Counted from the first letter of the stretch, positions 38,600 through 52,290 are shown. The stretch: DNA of 64,000 nucleotides from Guillardia theta CCMP2712 (GCF_000315625.1 NW_005434653.1:105615-169614), one strand, 5' to 3'. Made by a program: numbers and translations. The notes: generated by a model from the sequence alone, not told the origin.

Positions 38600-39050
38600 C
38601 GAACAGGCAGTTGACTTTCTTTTCGTCCCGAATCATAGTTTCAAGCCTGCTGAATCAGGCTTTGTCTTGTCGGGGGTACACCAACCAGGAAGACCTCAGT
38701 TCCTCCATTTCCATTGCAGTCTTTCCTGCAGCTTTTCCTACTGATTTCTCCGACAGAATGTAACCAGCCTTTTTCTCAGCTGTCATGCTCTGAACGACCT
38801 TGTTCTTTAACAAGTTCGCGCGTGCAGCTGCAGCCCTTGTGATCATGCAGATTTGAGGTCGTGGCATCCTGCAGGAAGGGAAAGCGTCAATGAAGTACGT
38901 AGGAAATGGATTAATGAAGTGATCTTCGTTCTGAGCATCGAAAGAGGGGAGAGCTGTCTAATTCACTATCCCCTGGTTTGTTGTGAGATCCTCACAAATA
39001 TTGTCCAAGGAACAACATCTACGTCGAAAGCACCCCATCTCCTAGCTAGA
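38600..39050 (-). CDS. Short hypothetical spliced protein
   Basis: Exon-like PRPQICMITRAAAARANLLKNKVVQSMTAEKKAGYILSEK bounded by CAG and GT; no domain recognised. Confidence 0.25.
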
Positions 39051-39889
39051 TCTCGCAATCCCTTCTCGATTACACATCGATGCTATCGTCAAGTTATTTG
39101 ACCTCCATGGTTGGTCTACGGATCTCTTCGTTCCTCCTGGATTCTCTTCTCATTGAATACAAAAATCCTCGTCCTTTGCTCCCCTGCTCTGCCCTGCATC
39201 TGTCATTCTCTTCCCCTGCTTGTGTCCTCCTTTCTCTTCCTCGCTTTCCCCTCGATCCCGTTCCACCCACCTAAGGGACCCTGAAAAACCTGCAGTACCC
39301 ACCCTACACATACCTATGCCAAAAACAAAAAATTACCCTACCCCCTTCATGTGAAATAGCAATCTTGCGAAGGGGTACTTCTATGCTGAAAATGAATGGT
39401 ATTCATGGCGTGAAAGTACCCTACCCTACATCTTATCTCTTCTTGGCCATCCTTGAGTACCCCCACCACCTTAAAATCTCATCCACCCCAAGTCGGGCAG
39501 TGGTGGAGCAATTTTGTATCTCCCCAACAGACCACCCTACCACCCCCAGAGTCTCCTAATTGTAACCTACTACGTACCGAAAACCCGTAAAAGCAAAATT
39601 TTGGTATACACCGGTACTTTCGACTACATTGAAACCCGTAGTTTTAATGAAAAGTACTGCGATTCGCTCCTGTACCCCTGTCATTTCATCCCCACACTGT
39701 ACCCTACGACTTGTGATCCCCCAAGGTCCAATTTTACATTTCTGTGGATCCTTTGAAATTTATTTTCTATCAATTTCAAATTCAAGGATCAAAATCTTGC
39801 GGGAGTTAAACTCTGACCTGTAAATTGTAAAATGAAACCAACTCTTTTCGTGTAAGTAAGACTCATCTAATGTCACGCCCGACACTCTT

Positions 39890-40745
39890 GTTCCGGGTCA
39901 CCCTGGGCAGGCGGCCGGGCGGCGCGCCGGGCAAGGAGGTTCTGATGAGACTCTGATCTTTCACTTAACTTTGAGTCACGAAAAGACTCACCTACTACCG
40001 GGGGCCAGGCTCACTGCCTGGCCGCCGAACCGGGCCCCGGCGGAGTCCGAGGCCCGGTTGAACACGGTCGGCTGAGAACTGAAGAGGAGACTTTACTCAA
40101 ACTTGAAGTTAAGGGCCACGGTTTTTACTGAAAGATCAGTACTGTACGAGGCCCTGAGGACAATCCGATCGGACTGGCCGGGCGGCCCGAGACTCGGTCA
40201 ACCGGACTCGGCCAGGCTGAGTCTATCACACCGTGTCACGTTCCGAGCCTACCGTACAAAGCTAGCGGCTACAGCCTACGGGTACGGTCCCGGCGCCGGG
40301 AAGTTCCGGGAGTCCGGCGGCCAGGCGGCCCGGCGGGCACTGCACGGTTCAAGTTCTGACTCCCGGCCGATCGGACCGTCCGAGGCGGCTGAGTCGGGCC
40401 GCGCCGCCGAGGGCCGAACTTGGAAGCCACCGTGTGACTCTGTGAGACGGTCGGCCGGGCCGGGGGCCAGTGAGTCCAGTGCCGCTCAACCGCCCCGGGC
40501 ACACGGTGCCAGGCCCTCAGTCAAGCCTTGAAGTGACTGTGAAGTGCCCCCCGGCGCACCTCCGGCGACATTGCGAAAGCTGACCCGAGTCAGTTTTCGA
40601 CTTAGTGACTCCGAGAGTCTGACCGCGGCGCCAGTGGCACTGGCTGATCGGATCCCACTGCCCGGCGGCCGGTGGCACGGTTCCCGGCGTAGGCCTTTTG
40701 GCAACTGAGTTACTAGTGACTTGTCTGCCCGGGCCGCTGGCAAAA
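39890..40745. repeat. GC-rich short-word mosaic patch
   Basis: Same vocabulary: CCGG, GACTC/GAGTC, ACGGT, AAGTT/AACTT, GTCAC. Confidence 0.7.
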
Positions 40746-41057
40746 GGAATATGGTTGATTAGGATGGCGAAACCTGTTGAATTTCAATCCGAAACGCTCC
40801 AAACCTTATTGTGAGGCAGCGAATTGAAAGATGCAGCATATTGTGCCCGACTATGAACTCATTGCAAGTTGTTTACAACTTGACCTGTTATGCCCTTTTG
40901 AATTTTCACGTGTGTTGCTGTCTTTTCGTTTTTCCTCGAATATTGCAATGTGAAAATAAGTCAGTTAATTCCAACACAGTCTTTCGTGAGGAAATCAAGA
41001 TAAGCGAGACATCACGTGAAACTTTCAAATTGTTATCCCAACACAAGATTACAACCA

Positions 41058-41598
41058 TTACCAGGTTCGAATATTCGCTCTGTGTTGCATCCACGTTGTA
41101 CTCTCTTCATTTACAAACCAAATTACAAATATATGTAACAAACATTGAGTTGTCATATAACATTGAGTTGTCATATGCAGGCATTCAACTTCATCGCCTT
41201 TTCCCTGGAATCTTGCAAACCTTACGGCATTCTTTGAAGTCATAAGGCCGAAGATCATTGGCAGTAACTGTCCATACAGGATTCTTTCTGAATTTAGAGA
41301 CCAAGAAGCTGTCATTTCTTCCATATGAGGCGCTTCGAGTAAATATTTCTCCATCATCATCGTGTTCGACAGTCATCGTTTCGCTGAATGATCCTCTACT
41401 CGGGCCATCCACTACATCAGTGTAGCACGTTGATACAGCAAGAACTTTGTCAAAGCTTCCGTGCGCTATCTCCTTCTTGTTGTTGTTCCTCTTGCTTCTC
41501 CCCAGCAGTCCTGTCCAACCTCCTCCTACCAAGCTCATGCTTATCACCGCGAACAGCGTCTCGATACCGAGCATTCTTCGTGACTTCTCCCCAAGCAC
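41058..41598 (-). CDS. Hypothetical protein
   Basis: Overlapping ORFs of 135 and 100 aa with a hydrophobic N-terminus; no domain recognised. Confidence 0.25.
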
Positions 41599-42899
41599 TG
41601 GTAACCCCGTCGATTGACCTAAATATACCCCACCATCCTACACCCCTTACCACTTTTCTGGAACACCCCTTGTTTGTAGCCATTTGGGTACAATTTTATC
41701 TGTCCATAGGGGGTAGGGGGTCATTACGTCGATGTTTGGAAGGAAGCGGCTTTGTTATCATTTCGTTGTCTTGCCTCAAACTTGAAAGGATCATAAAAGA
41801 ATTTCTGAAATATCCTGAGGCGGTCACGGAACTCCAAGACACTTTTTGTTTGAATCGGGTTTGTACCAGTTCGTGCCAAAACTAGTATCATGAGCTTCAA
41901 AATTGGTACTGATTCTAGGGTTTATAATTGTATAAAACACTCCCTTTGAGAAACGTGAAAAGAAATTTATCGAATCGATCTAAATTTAAACCCAATAACT
42001 ATGTAAAAATCAAATTTTATCAGTGTTTCTGAAATAAGTTGCTTGATTTGGTTTGTTGTTAATTTGTACCAATAAATAAAGGGAAAAAAAGAATTCGAAT
42101 GTCGCTGCAGTCCAAGTGTCATTTGCAGGGGTGGCCGCACATGGGGGGTTCGGAACATCTGGGTTGCCAACATCTCCTCTGTACCGGTGCACTCAAAAAG
42201 GTGGTAAATGTATGTCAAAACTACGGGTACATCACTACGAAGCAAGGAATTTGTCTCTCAAGGGGGGTAGGATCCATCAAGGGGGTATGATCAGGGTGGG
42301 GGTACAAGTAAGAGTATAAAAAGTGAGTGGCGGCAGAGATTCCGTTGTCGTTCCGCGGCCAGTGGTCGGGACATGCAGCGCACGGGCCATGTTGAGCGGT
42401 CTAAGCTCCATGGGCCGCCCGAGCGGCGAGAGGCTTGCCTCTGCGCAGGGTTGGAGGGCATACTGGTTTAGAGCTAGTGTTGCCTATGTCTGGTGTGCTA
42501 GTAGTCCTGCAGAATCCCCCCTGTTAGATCCCTGTGAGATCTGGAAAGGCGATGTGATAGCAGAAGTTACCGAGGCCATGGTGAGAGCATCTCAGATGCC
42601 TTAGAGTTGTGGTGTTCCTATGTAACTTCCCCCTCGACTGGCGCAACGATGGACCTGTGTTCTCAGGTTCTTTTCCTCTTCCTTTTGAGCTGCACACATT
42701 GATGGGGTGCAAAGCCGTTCAAGTCGGCACAGCTCATTCTTAGTGCGATAAGTCTCTCTATTCTGTTTGAATGCAGCGAAAATATCATATTCGAAAAAAA
42801 TGAATCTTGTTTGTCAAGGCGTGTCTATGATACAAGGAGCTGATCAGAAGCCCCTACCCCAGAGCATCCCAATTGTCCTTGAATCTTCGATCATCTGTG

Positions 42900-44876
42900 A
42901 AGGATGCAGGATGAGGGGGGCTTGTTGACTGTATCTCCCTTCTCCGTTCAACTGAAGTCGGTGATGGTTTGGAGCCATGTTCCATGCCAGCCAGTCTCTG
43001 CCGCACCAGCGAAGATCCCTGCTTTGAGAGCCTTGACTCATCCTTGCGCTCTCCAGCAACCTTGCGGAAATCGCCTTAGCCCAAGGATTGAGAGCAAGAG
43101 AACTTTTTGCACCTTCTGTGTCGCTTGCATCTGCAGCCGCTTGTTGTACTCTTCCATCACGTCTGTCCTGCTTTTATCCTTGACCTGTCAGGACTAGTTA
43201 ACGAAGCAAGGTCTTCACGTGAAGACTTGCCTGCGATCTCCGAGCCCCGCTTCGAGATTTCGATTGTAAATTGCTAGACGTTGAGCTTAGTTTCTCCTTT
43301 CTCAAGATCTGAGAGGTACGACATCAGCAGTCTGGGTCAAGTGCCGCGCTGTACCTTCTCTGCCACCTCTGCTGGGACTTGCCATGGAAGCGAGAGATCA
43401 TCATCAGAATTGGACCCATCCTGTTGTGAAACAGGATGACTATCAAAACTTATCGAGAGCAGAGGTCACCTCTTCCCTTGAGATCCTTGTCGCAGACATT
43501 GTCTGAGGAGCAACAACCTGCGAGTGATCTTGCGAGCCCTTCACCGGCTGCACTTCCTCACCCAAGGCATTCACAAGCACTCCATCGACCATGAATAAGT
43601 CATGCTGCAAACAAAGATTCGAACAGAGGTCATATTGTACTCGAGCCCTTGCATCTGCTCACCTGCGAGTCGATGCTCGGCATCAACACCGAATCTTGCT
43701 TCACTCGTATTCTTCCCTTGCTGCACAAACAAGTCAAAAATTCCTCTTGTAATCTTCACAATACACAATCCAAGGACAAAAGGATCTACCTGTCAATTTC
43801 TTGCTCAATAAAGAATCCATCCTGAGTACAAGCTCAACACGAATACAACACGAGTTGTTGTTCACCGGTTTCTTCTTGATTGGACTTGGTCCTGATTCCT
43901 CAGTCAGTTGGCCCTCTTGCTGTTTCAATTCTTCTTCTTTTGCGATGATGCTCTAAATCACTCGTTACAAGGAAAGATCACAATTGAATTGATCCTGTTA
44001 CCCGGTAGAAGTTGAGCTCTTCAAAATGCTCCTTCAGACCTGAGGAAACGATCTGACGAGACTGCATCGATTCACAATGCCGAACCTTCATCGTGCTTCA
44101 CCGCATCACGTTTATCAACCACAATTGATCTAATCAAGAAATTCGTCAGTTCATCCATTATCAAGATTTCAAACACGGCAGCTTTACTGGTAAAAAGCCA
44201 GTTCCGAGTCGCTCCACTGTTGCGATGCATGCGGCATGGCCTTCTGCAGCATGTCGTCTTGCTCCATATCTTGGTAAACTGATTGGGCGGGAATGCCACA
44301 TTCTTGCAGGAGAGCATCAGCTGCATTGAGGATCTCTTCGGGGTCAAGTTCGCTATCCATGGCTGAAGGTGGGTCTTGAGGTCCTTGGCTGCACGAAGCA
44401 CTCTCATTCCGAGGAAAGAAGTCATCCAAGATGAGAGGCGGAGGGCGAGGAGGAGAGAATTCATGAGGACTGCAGTCATCGCCAACGTGGATGGATCTTA
44501 ATGCCACGCTGTACACTCTCCGCGACAACTCATCCAAAGCATGGATCCAATCTTGAAAGTTGACTGGCTCACAAGACTCAGGAGGTGTCAGGACGACGGT
44601 CAAGGCGATAGTCGTCCCAGCTTCGACGGTAATGCAGCCTTGGTCAATCCCCTGCAGCTGGAATACCTGCGGGTGGACAAGCGGCCCGAGCACACGAACA
44701 CGTCGGGCCTCCGGTCTGGCATCGTCACTAACACGAAGCAGCAGCTTGCGAGTCAAGCAGCGTTCCCTTGTGGAGCTTGTGTCTCTGAAGGTTACTTGTG
44801 CAGGAACGAAGTATATCGTTTCCTCCTCCTCCTCCTCCTCCTCTGCATGGCCTTCCCCCTCCCTCGTTCTCAACAT
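42900..44876 (-). CDS. Hypothetical multi-exon protein
   Basis: 230-aa first exon (acidic tract, beta-rich segment, ELDPEEILNAADALLQECG) followed by several GT-AG-bounded exons ending in a K/E-rich coiled coil. 3' end approximate. Confidence 0.5.
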
Positions 44877-44919
44877 TTTTTCACCATCGCCTCGATGTGT
44901 GGCATCGGACCTTCTTGCC

Positions 44920-46500
44920 GCTCAGTGTACGGTCCGGGCTGGGGGCGGGCCCGGCTGATCGGGGCCTCACACTGAGTTGACTCGTGACTGACTCGGCCCG
45001 GCCGCCGCGACGGTGCCACGGCCCGGCCCTGGTGGCCCCGGTGACCGTACCGTGTGGCGGCCACCGGCCGCGGGGCGGTGGCGGCACGGCGGCCCGGCAT
45101 CCGACTGACTGAGTCCGACCAGCCTGAGGTCCGAGTCCGGGCCATACTGCGGCCAACGGTACCGTGGCACGGTGGGCACAACGGTGGGCCGTTGTAACCC
45201 CCCCCCCCCCCCCCCCCCCGATAGTCGGCCCCGGCGATTCGAGGCACGGTCGCCATCATCCCGCGGCAACTCAGTCACCGTGCACCGTCACCCGCGGCCG
45301 CGCCGTCCCGGCCCGGGAGCCGGCGCAGTCTGTCCAGCCTGACGGTGAGTCGAACCGAGCCTGCCTCCGTGTGATGATCGGCGGAGTGACTTACTAGTCG
45401 CCGGCCCGGGAACTTCCGAAGTTTGAACAGAAGTTTGAAACTTTCTGTCACGGCGGGCCGGCCCGGGGGCCGATCCGGCCCTGGCCCTGACTGATGGAGC
45501 GTACTGTCAGCGGCGTGCCAGTCAGATAGCGCCGAGCCTTAACATTGAAAAACTCTCCTGTAAACCAAGACGATTTACGTGGCAAGGCGGCCGATGTACT
45601 GTAGCGTGTGGGACGAAGAGGGGACTTTCCTAGCCGTCTTGCTAAGGTCCTCTCATGTCTGGATGCTTGGGTTTCACAATGATCCTAGCATACAGTCTAT
45701 CTCCGAGTCCTGTGCTCCTCAATTCTGTTCAAGTTTGTGTGCATTAAACTCGGTCTTGAGCAAAAACTGTCTTGTTCAATCACAACTAAGGTCGATGTGA
45801 TATCTGCGTGACTTTGGACTACGGTACCGTTGAAGCCCGTCTAACCTTGAAACTTGTATTCCGCTTACGGGCAGTCAACGCCTCAGTGAGCCCGGCCCGG
45901 AGCCGCTGAATGCCCCCGGCCGCCGGGCCGGGGCCCCGGCGGTCCGACGGGCCCGGGGGGGCGGTCACGTTCCGAAGTTCAACGGTCACAGTGTTTGCAC
46001 TGCACCGTCTGGTGACTCAGGCTTCTGCTCAGTGAGAGTCAGGCCCCGGTGAGCCCGCCGGGTCAGCCTGCCTCACTGGACTCCGAATGATAGTAGCCTG
46101 ACATAAGCGGCTATTCAGAAAGACACCGTGACAAAATGGCATACTACCAGTGACCAGCGGCTATTGTACCGTACGGTAGCCTCGAGTCCGAAGTTCGTTC
46201 TCGGCTTCGCCGTCGGAGCCTCGGAGGCAGCCAAGCCTCCCGGCGGGCCCGGCCGGGCGCCCGGCGTCGGACTCCCCGGAGTCCGGCGGCCGGGACTCTT
46301 CGCCGAGTCTGCGGCCTCAGTCGGCCCGCCGTCAGCCAGTCTCGGCCCGCCGTGGCTGACGGCGGACTCACGGCCGGGTCCGAGTCCAACCGGGCCGTGT
46401 CGCGGCACTCAGAACTTTCACCGTTCCGCCGCCTGTAGGCAACCTGGTTTAGGGTAACCAGTTCAAGCCTGTAAAGCCTCTCCGAGTCACTGGGTCAGCC
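44920..46500. repeat. Large GC-rich short-word mosaic patches in a divergent intergenic region
   Basis: Two blocks (~44920-45540 and ~45820-46500) with the same word vocabulary. Confidence 0.7.
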
Positions 46501-47052
46501 GCGTGATCCAGATGAGGCATTGGTCCCATCCCCTCTCAAGATGTCGTAACTGTCGCATAAAATGATGTCTTCTCGTAGGTGCAATAGGCGCTTCAATGTA
46601 AAAGTAAACTTGTTTCCCTCATCGAAAAGACATGGTTTGGTTGCAACCGAAATAGAAACATAACCGCTAACGGCCGCATTGCCGTCAGCATTGAAATCTT
46701 TCCGTCATCACATCCTATGTTGGAACGCTTCATATTCGAAATAGCGTACTTTCACTTTCGTATGAATTGATAACTGATCTTTACTAAGTACCTGCTGTCC
46801 CCCAAATAGCTACCCTACCCTGTACCCTACCCTTCATCGTTCCCCATATCCTAAAGTTTGCGACGCCCTACCCTAACTACCACCCCTTCTGTATTTGAAA
46901 AGATATGGGTGAGATTTCCCTTACACCGGTACTTTGCAAGATAAAACAGAGGGTGTAATTTGACCCCTACCTACTCGAAATCACATTCCTCCAAAAATGA
47001 ATCACCCCTACCCCTACAAAACAAGAAAGTACCCTACCCACAGGCCTAACCG

Positions 47053-47628
47053 ATGGTCTTTGAAGGAGCAGGGACTCCCGCAACCCCTCATTTACGCTCC
47101 TTGACTGCCTGGACACCCACGAACACCGCTGTGACCCCATTCCTTCTCCTCCTGCTTGTCCTTGATCCTCTCCCTTCTACTCCTCATTCTCTCTGTCCTT
47201 CTCTCACACCCCCCATCGCCCTCCCGTAGACCTTGAAGACTTCTCTGAACAAGATGAGCTCCCCTCTGCATAAAGATGCATTCGACCAGTTCTTCGGAAG
47301 TTGTCCCTGCACCGCCCCAGTGTCGAACAAGCTCAATCTCATGACGGATTTTAGTATTTTCGAGACTTCTGATGAGTGGATAGATGACTTCGACCTCTTG
47401 AATCTTGTCCCGCATGGTCCTGATTGCAGATCTCCTGGCAAGAAAGAAAACACGGAGAAACCTTCGCAACCCATCGGAAGCCCTTCAGCCAACCTTTCAC
47501 CGATGGATATAGATGATCAGATCATCTGCAGTCCAATCTCAAGAGAAAATTACAACCGGCCCATTATTTCGCCCACAGCGCGAGCCAACATGAACTTGGG
47601 TCCTATCAAAGGAAATTTCAAGCTTTGA
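47053..47628 (+). CDS. Hypothetical low-complexity S/P-rich protein
   Basis: 131-aa exon after a polypyrimidine..CGTAG acceptor (~47229); short upstream exon from the ATG at ~47053. Confidence 0.4.
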
Positions 47629-47805
47629 CACACGTCCACCAGCGTGTAAATAGACCCATGTTGTACTTCTATACAAAAAAGAAAACACATTCATTACAAC
47701 TCATTTTCTAAGACAAACTCAGTACAACTCATCATCTTGTACTTTCTCTTCTCAAACAACCGCCAACCCATCCATTCGCAAGAATGAGTAGCAGAATGAA
47801 GCGTT

Positions 47806-50800
47806 CTAGATGCTCCTCTTCCTGATACGATATTCTCCATCAAATCTCAAAGTGATGAGAATCCATGCAATGTTTGTATCGTGCCTGTTGCCACTTGAAA
47901 GAGCAAAACCACAGAACTTCTTGCCTTGCCCCTTTCCACCTGCCAGCAAGTCAGACTTCTCCGTCATGGTCCAGCTGACTGTTACACCGACTCTTACCTC
48001 GCTCTCTCTCACCACTTGAGACTCATCGCCGCCTCCACTCCTCCTGCCTCGAGTACCTCCCTCTCCCCTTCCTCCTCCTTCACAAGATGTCCCAGCACCT
48101 CCAGGCCTGCTCGCTCAGTCTGCCGATCTATCCCCTCTCTTCGTATCGCTGCCACCACGGCCGAGACTCCTCCGGCTGCCCTGATCTCCGTCCGCCCTTC
48201 CTCCTCACGCGCGATAATCTCCAACAACCTCATTCCGGCTTCAAGGACGTCAGAGTTTGACTCGTGCTTCATCGCACTGAGAGCAGCCTCGACCCCTCCT
48301 GCAGCCTGGATTGCTCGCACACCCTCCTCCGATAGCAGTCGCAGCAGCGCAAGCCCGTGTTGCTGTATCTCTCTTTCCTCTGAGAACTTCCGCATGGCCG
48401 TCGCAGCCGCCTCGACCCCTCTTGCTGCTCGGATCTCCTTCCTTCCCTGCTCTGAGAGAGCGATTCTCTGGAGCAACTGAAGCCCTCCCTTCTGCACTTT
48501 TTTCTCGCCGCATTCGTACAAAACGCCGAGAATTCCGTCAGACAGTCGACGCTTTTGCGGCTGGTGTGCCTGTCCTCTTGCCAGCTGTCCCTTCATTGCC
48601 AGAAGCACAGTCTCCTGCCCCCTTGCTGCCAAGATCTCTCTCCGCCCCTCCTCTTCCTCTGACATTGTTACAAGCAGTTGAAGCCCTAGTTCCATGATCC
48701 TAATGTCTGCCCTGTGTTCTCTCATGGCAGCCAGCACTACCTCCACCCCTCCTGCTAGTCGGATCCTCCTGCCTTGATCTTGCATCTTACTGGCCATGCC
48801 ATACAGCACAGCAAGCCCGGCCTCCTGCAAGACCCCGTTGCCCCTGCACTCTCGCATGCCTCCCGTGACAGCGAGAACGTCGTCCTCGGATCGGTTCCTC
48901 TCGTCGGTTGCCAGGCTACTGAGGAGCTTGAAGGCGTTTTGAGACGCGAAAAAGCTGGCCAAGATATCCAGGTAACAAGGCAACCACACATCAACAGCTC
49001 CAGCCTCGCGCATCTCACTTCGCGCTTGATCGTCGCTTGATATCTTTGCAAGCAAGTCCAGCCCTCGACCTCGATGACTCTGATCATTCAAAAGTTGTAA
49101 GATCTTGGCCACTGCCACTCTGCCCCCTCCCCCAGTAGCTAGCACCTCTCTCCACCCCTCTCGGTTAAGCAACAGGTCTCCAATCAAACCCATCCCCAAA
49201 TTGTTACTTCCGCGTGAAAGCTCCAGTTTGAGCATCGCCGAAACCGCTGCCCTCACTCCCTTCTGCGCGTAGATCTCCTTACGTCCTTGGGCATCCTTTG
49301 ACATGTTCTCCAGAAATTCGATTCCTGACCGGTAAGTGTCTTTGTACAGATCCGAGTGTTGCTGCAATATGTCGATTACTCCTTTGACGCCTCCTCCGGC
49401 AAGGATCTGCTGCCGCCCCTCCTCGCATTTGGAGAATGAAGCAAGCAACTCAAAGCTTCTTCTCTGGACCGTTGGTTCATCTTTGAACTTCATGATTGCC
49501 TTCACTACTGTCTCCACCACTTGTGCTGCTTTCAGAGCTCTCAGCCCAACCCGATTAATATCAAGGTAGTCGTAGTTGTACAGCTCCTTCAACCCTGCTC
49601 GCTGCACTGCCAGGTCTCGAGGATGCTCACGCATGGCTCCGAACGCTGCCTTTACAAACTCAGCTTGCTCGAAGACATTCATCTCTATCTCGCTCCTGAT
49701 AACTTCAGCCATCCACCATAAGTCCCCTGCCGGTCGGTTCCTTTCGTCACTTGCAAGGCAGCTCAGCAGCAGTAGAGCTGCCCGCCTCTCATCTTCATGG
49801 TCGTAATCTAGTGCCTCCAGAGCTATCTCCACCCCTCCGGCCTCCTTGATCTCCCTCCGCCCCTCCTCCTCCTCCAACAGCATCCCCAGTACCTTCAGCC
49901 CCGCTAGCCTCACCTCCTCCTCCCCCATAAGCTCCCGCATGGCCTTCATCACCACCTCCACCCCTCCCCCTCTCCGCATCCTCTCCCGCTCCCTCTCCTT
50001 CCTCAGCAGCTTCGAGAGAGCCATGATCCCTGCTCGTTGAATGTCGACATCCGTGCTGTGGTCCCGTATGGCTCCCAGGACCAGCTCGACTCCTCCTGCT
50101 GCGCAGACCTTCCCCTCACTGTCAGTGTCATCTACTTTCTCTACCATTGTCTGCAGCCCTGCCCACTGCACCTGACCGTCTGCTGTGTACTCGCGCATGG
50201 CATCGAGCACCGCCTCAAAATTGGATCCATGCCTAATACTCGTTCTGGTGGTGAAAAACTTCAGAAGACTGGGAGAATGATGATTCGAAACATTTTGCTG
50301 CGAGTTGTTCAACGGGTCCTGGAGCGCATTCGATGCTGCCTCGACAACAACTGCTTCCACTACCTTCCTGCATGCTTCTTTATCTTCGCAGATCTTCATA
50401 AGCGAGTCCAGAGCAATATCCCGCCTCGTTCCATTTTGATCAGGATGCATGAAAACCTTTGCAACCGTCTCTATCCCCCCGGCTGCCACAAATGCTCTCT
50501 GCCCCTCCTTCGCTTGCAAGATTTTTTCAAGACTACAGAGTATTGAAATTCCTTGATCATAAAGAGGAGATGTGTTCATCTCGCATGTTACCCCTACAGT
50601 ACTGATCACTGCCCTCAGCAGCCCTGATCTAAACAGCTCTTCTATCTTCACCTCTGGTGCGTCGAAGAGTGTAGATAACAAACAACACCCCCACCACTCC
50701 TTGTAAAGGACATCTCCATGGGCATGCATGGTTTCAGCCATCAACTCCAGCCCCCCTGCTGCAAGAACCTCCCTCCGTCCATCCATGGTCCACGATATCG

Positions 50801-52205
50801 CATTCAGTACCTCTAGTCCTGCCAACACCACCCTCCGGTCTCCCTGGAATTCCCGCAAACATCGTATGAGCATCTCTACCTCTCCACCTGTCCGCATCTT
50901 GTTCTCCGTGACAAGGTAGCTCAGAGCAAACAAGGCCTCTTGCATGTCCTTTGAAGAGCCGCTGGACTTGTTGCAGGGCTCTAAGCACCTGACGAATGCC
51001 TCCACCCCTCCAGCCTCCTTGATCTCCCTCCGCCCCTCCTCCTCCTCCAACAGCATCCCCAGTACCTTCAGCCCCGCTAGCCTCACCTCCTCCTCCCCCA
51101 TAAGCTCCCGCATGGCCTTCATCACCACCTCCACCCCTCCCCCTCTCCGCATCCTCTCCCGCTCCCTCTCCTTCCTCAGCAGCTTCGAGAGAGCCATGAG
51201 CCCTGCTCGTTGAATGTCGACATCCGTGCTGTGGTCACGTATGGCTCCCAGGACCAGCTCGACTCCTCCTGCTGCGCAAGCTCTCTTCAGCCCTTCTCCT
51301 TCCAGCACCATCATGCCTAACGCCGTCAGCCCGGTCTCTACCACATCTCTATCAGTCCGGTGCTCGCTGAGACAGCTTGTCACTTCCTCCACCCCTCCGG
51401 CTGTCAGGATCTCCCTTCGTGCTCGCTCACTGCGCAAGATAGGCCCGAGCAGCTGCAGCTTATCTTGCTCAAGCTTCCATGAAGCCTTGTATGCTCTCAC
51501 GGCATGCTTGCTGGGGTATTTGATTGTCTCGACGTATCCGAGCAGCTGCAAAAGCACTTCCATCCCTGCTTCTTGCAGCCTCCCGTTCTTCTTGTGCTCC
51601 CTCATGGCCCCCATCACAACGGCTACACCCCCGTCCTTGAGGAGCTCCTCCTTCTCCTCCTTCTTCCATTCGTAAATAGCCAGTAGCTTCAGCCCGGCTC
51701 TCAGCACCCTCTGATCACACCCGCACTGCCGCATGGCCACTAGCACTGCCTTGACTTTCTCCTTGGCACCATCGATCTTAATGCTCGACCTTGGGATGTA
51801 GACCTTTACAATCCTATAGTCTGCATGAATGCCAAGAGCTGCCTCCAGAGCTTTCAGAGCTGCTGACGCATCCGCTGCCGGAGACAAGGACCCTGGCGCC
51901 TGCACAAGGGTCCCTACTGCAGGAGGTTGAGCTATCCCAAGCGAGAAATCTACCCTCTCGCTGCCTTCAACTCCGGTTTCTGCTGCGTTGCCCTTCACCT
52001 GCGATCCCTCCCATCATACCTCACAGCCTGAGATGCTCAGTCTACAGACCTTCTTAATCGGTCGCTCGAGGGTTTCGCTCGAGCCAGTCGCTGATGCATC
52101 TGGTGATTCTCCTCCATCTCCAATTGCTGCTGCTGCCGATCTTCGGCTGCCCGCAAAGGCATTAAGGAGTGACTTGGATTCTTCCGTCTGTTGTGATTTC
52201 AGCAT
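47806..52205 (-). CDS. Large armadillo-repeat protein (~1400 aa)
   Basis: 1329-aa open exon with many AGGVExVLxAMRxH...VQxAGLxAL repeats. Short 5' exon from ATG 52205 and a probable small 3' exon. Confidence 0.88.
49827..51278. repeat. Internal ~275-bp duplication (49827-50105 = 51000-51278) within the ARM gene
   Basis: CAAGGVELVLGAIRDHSTDVDIQRAG...REIKEAGGVE occurs twice, nearly identical at DNA level, offset 1173 nt. Confidence 0.9.
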
Positions 52206-52290
52206 GAGGCATGTATAGGAGTTAAGAGAGCACGTGCATCATGTTTCATGACATACCATGTTTTTATCAGCGAGATTTGAGCAGGATCGA

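Noticed and set aside
40103-40743. R/P/G/A-rich ORFs in GC mosaic patches (also 35471-35894, 44870-45397, 46115-46457)
   Set aside because: Open only because GC-rich sequence lacks stop codons; no domain or codon pattern.
42389-42930. Possible small plus-strand spliced gene
   Set aside because: Fragments are short and carry no recognisable motif; support is insufficient.
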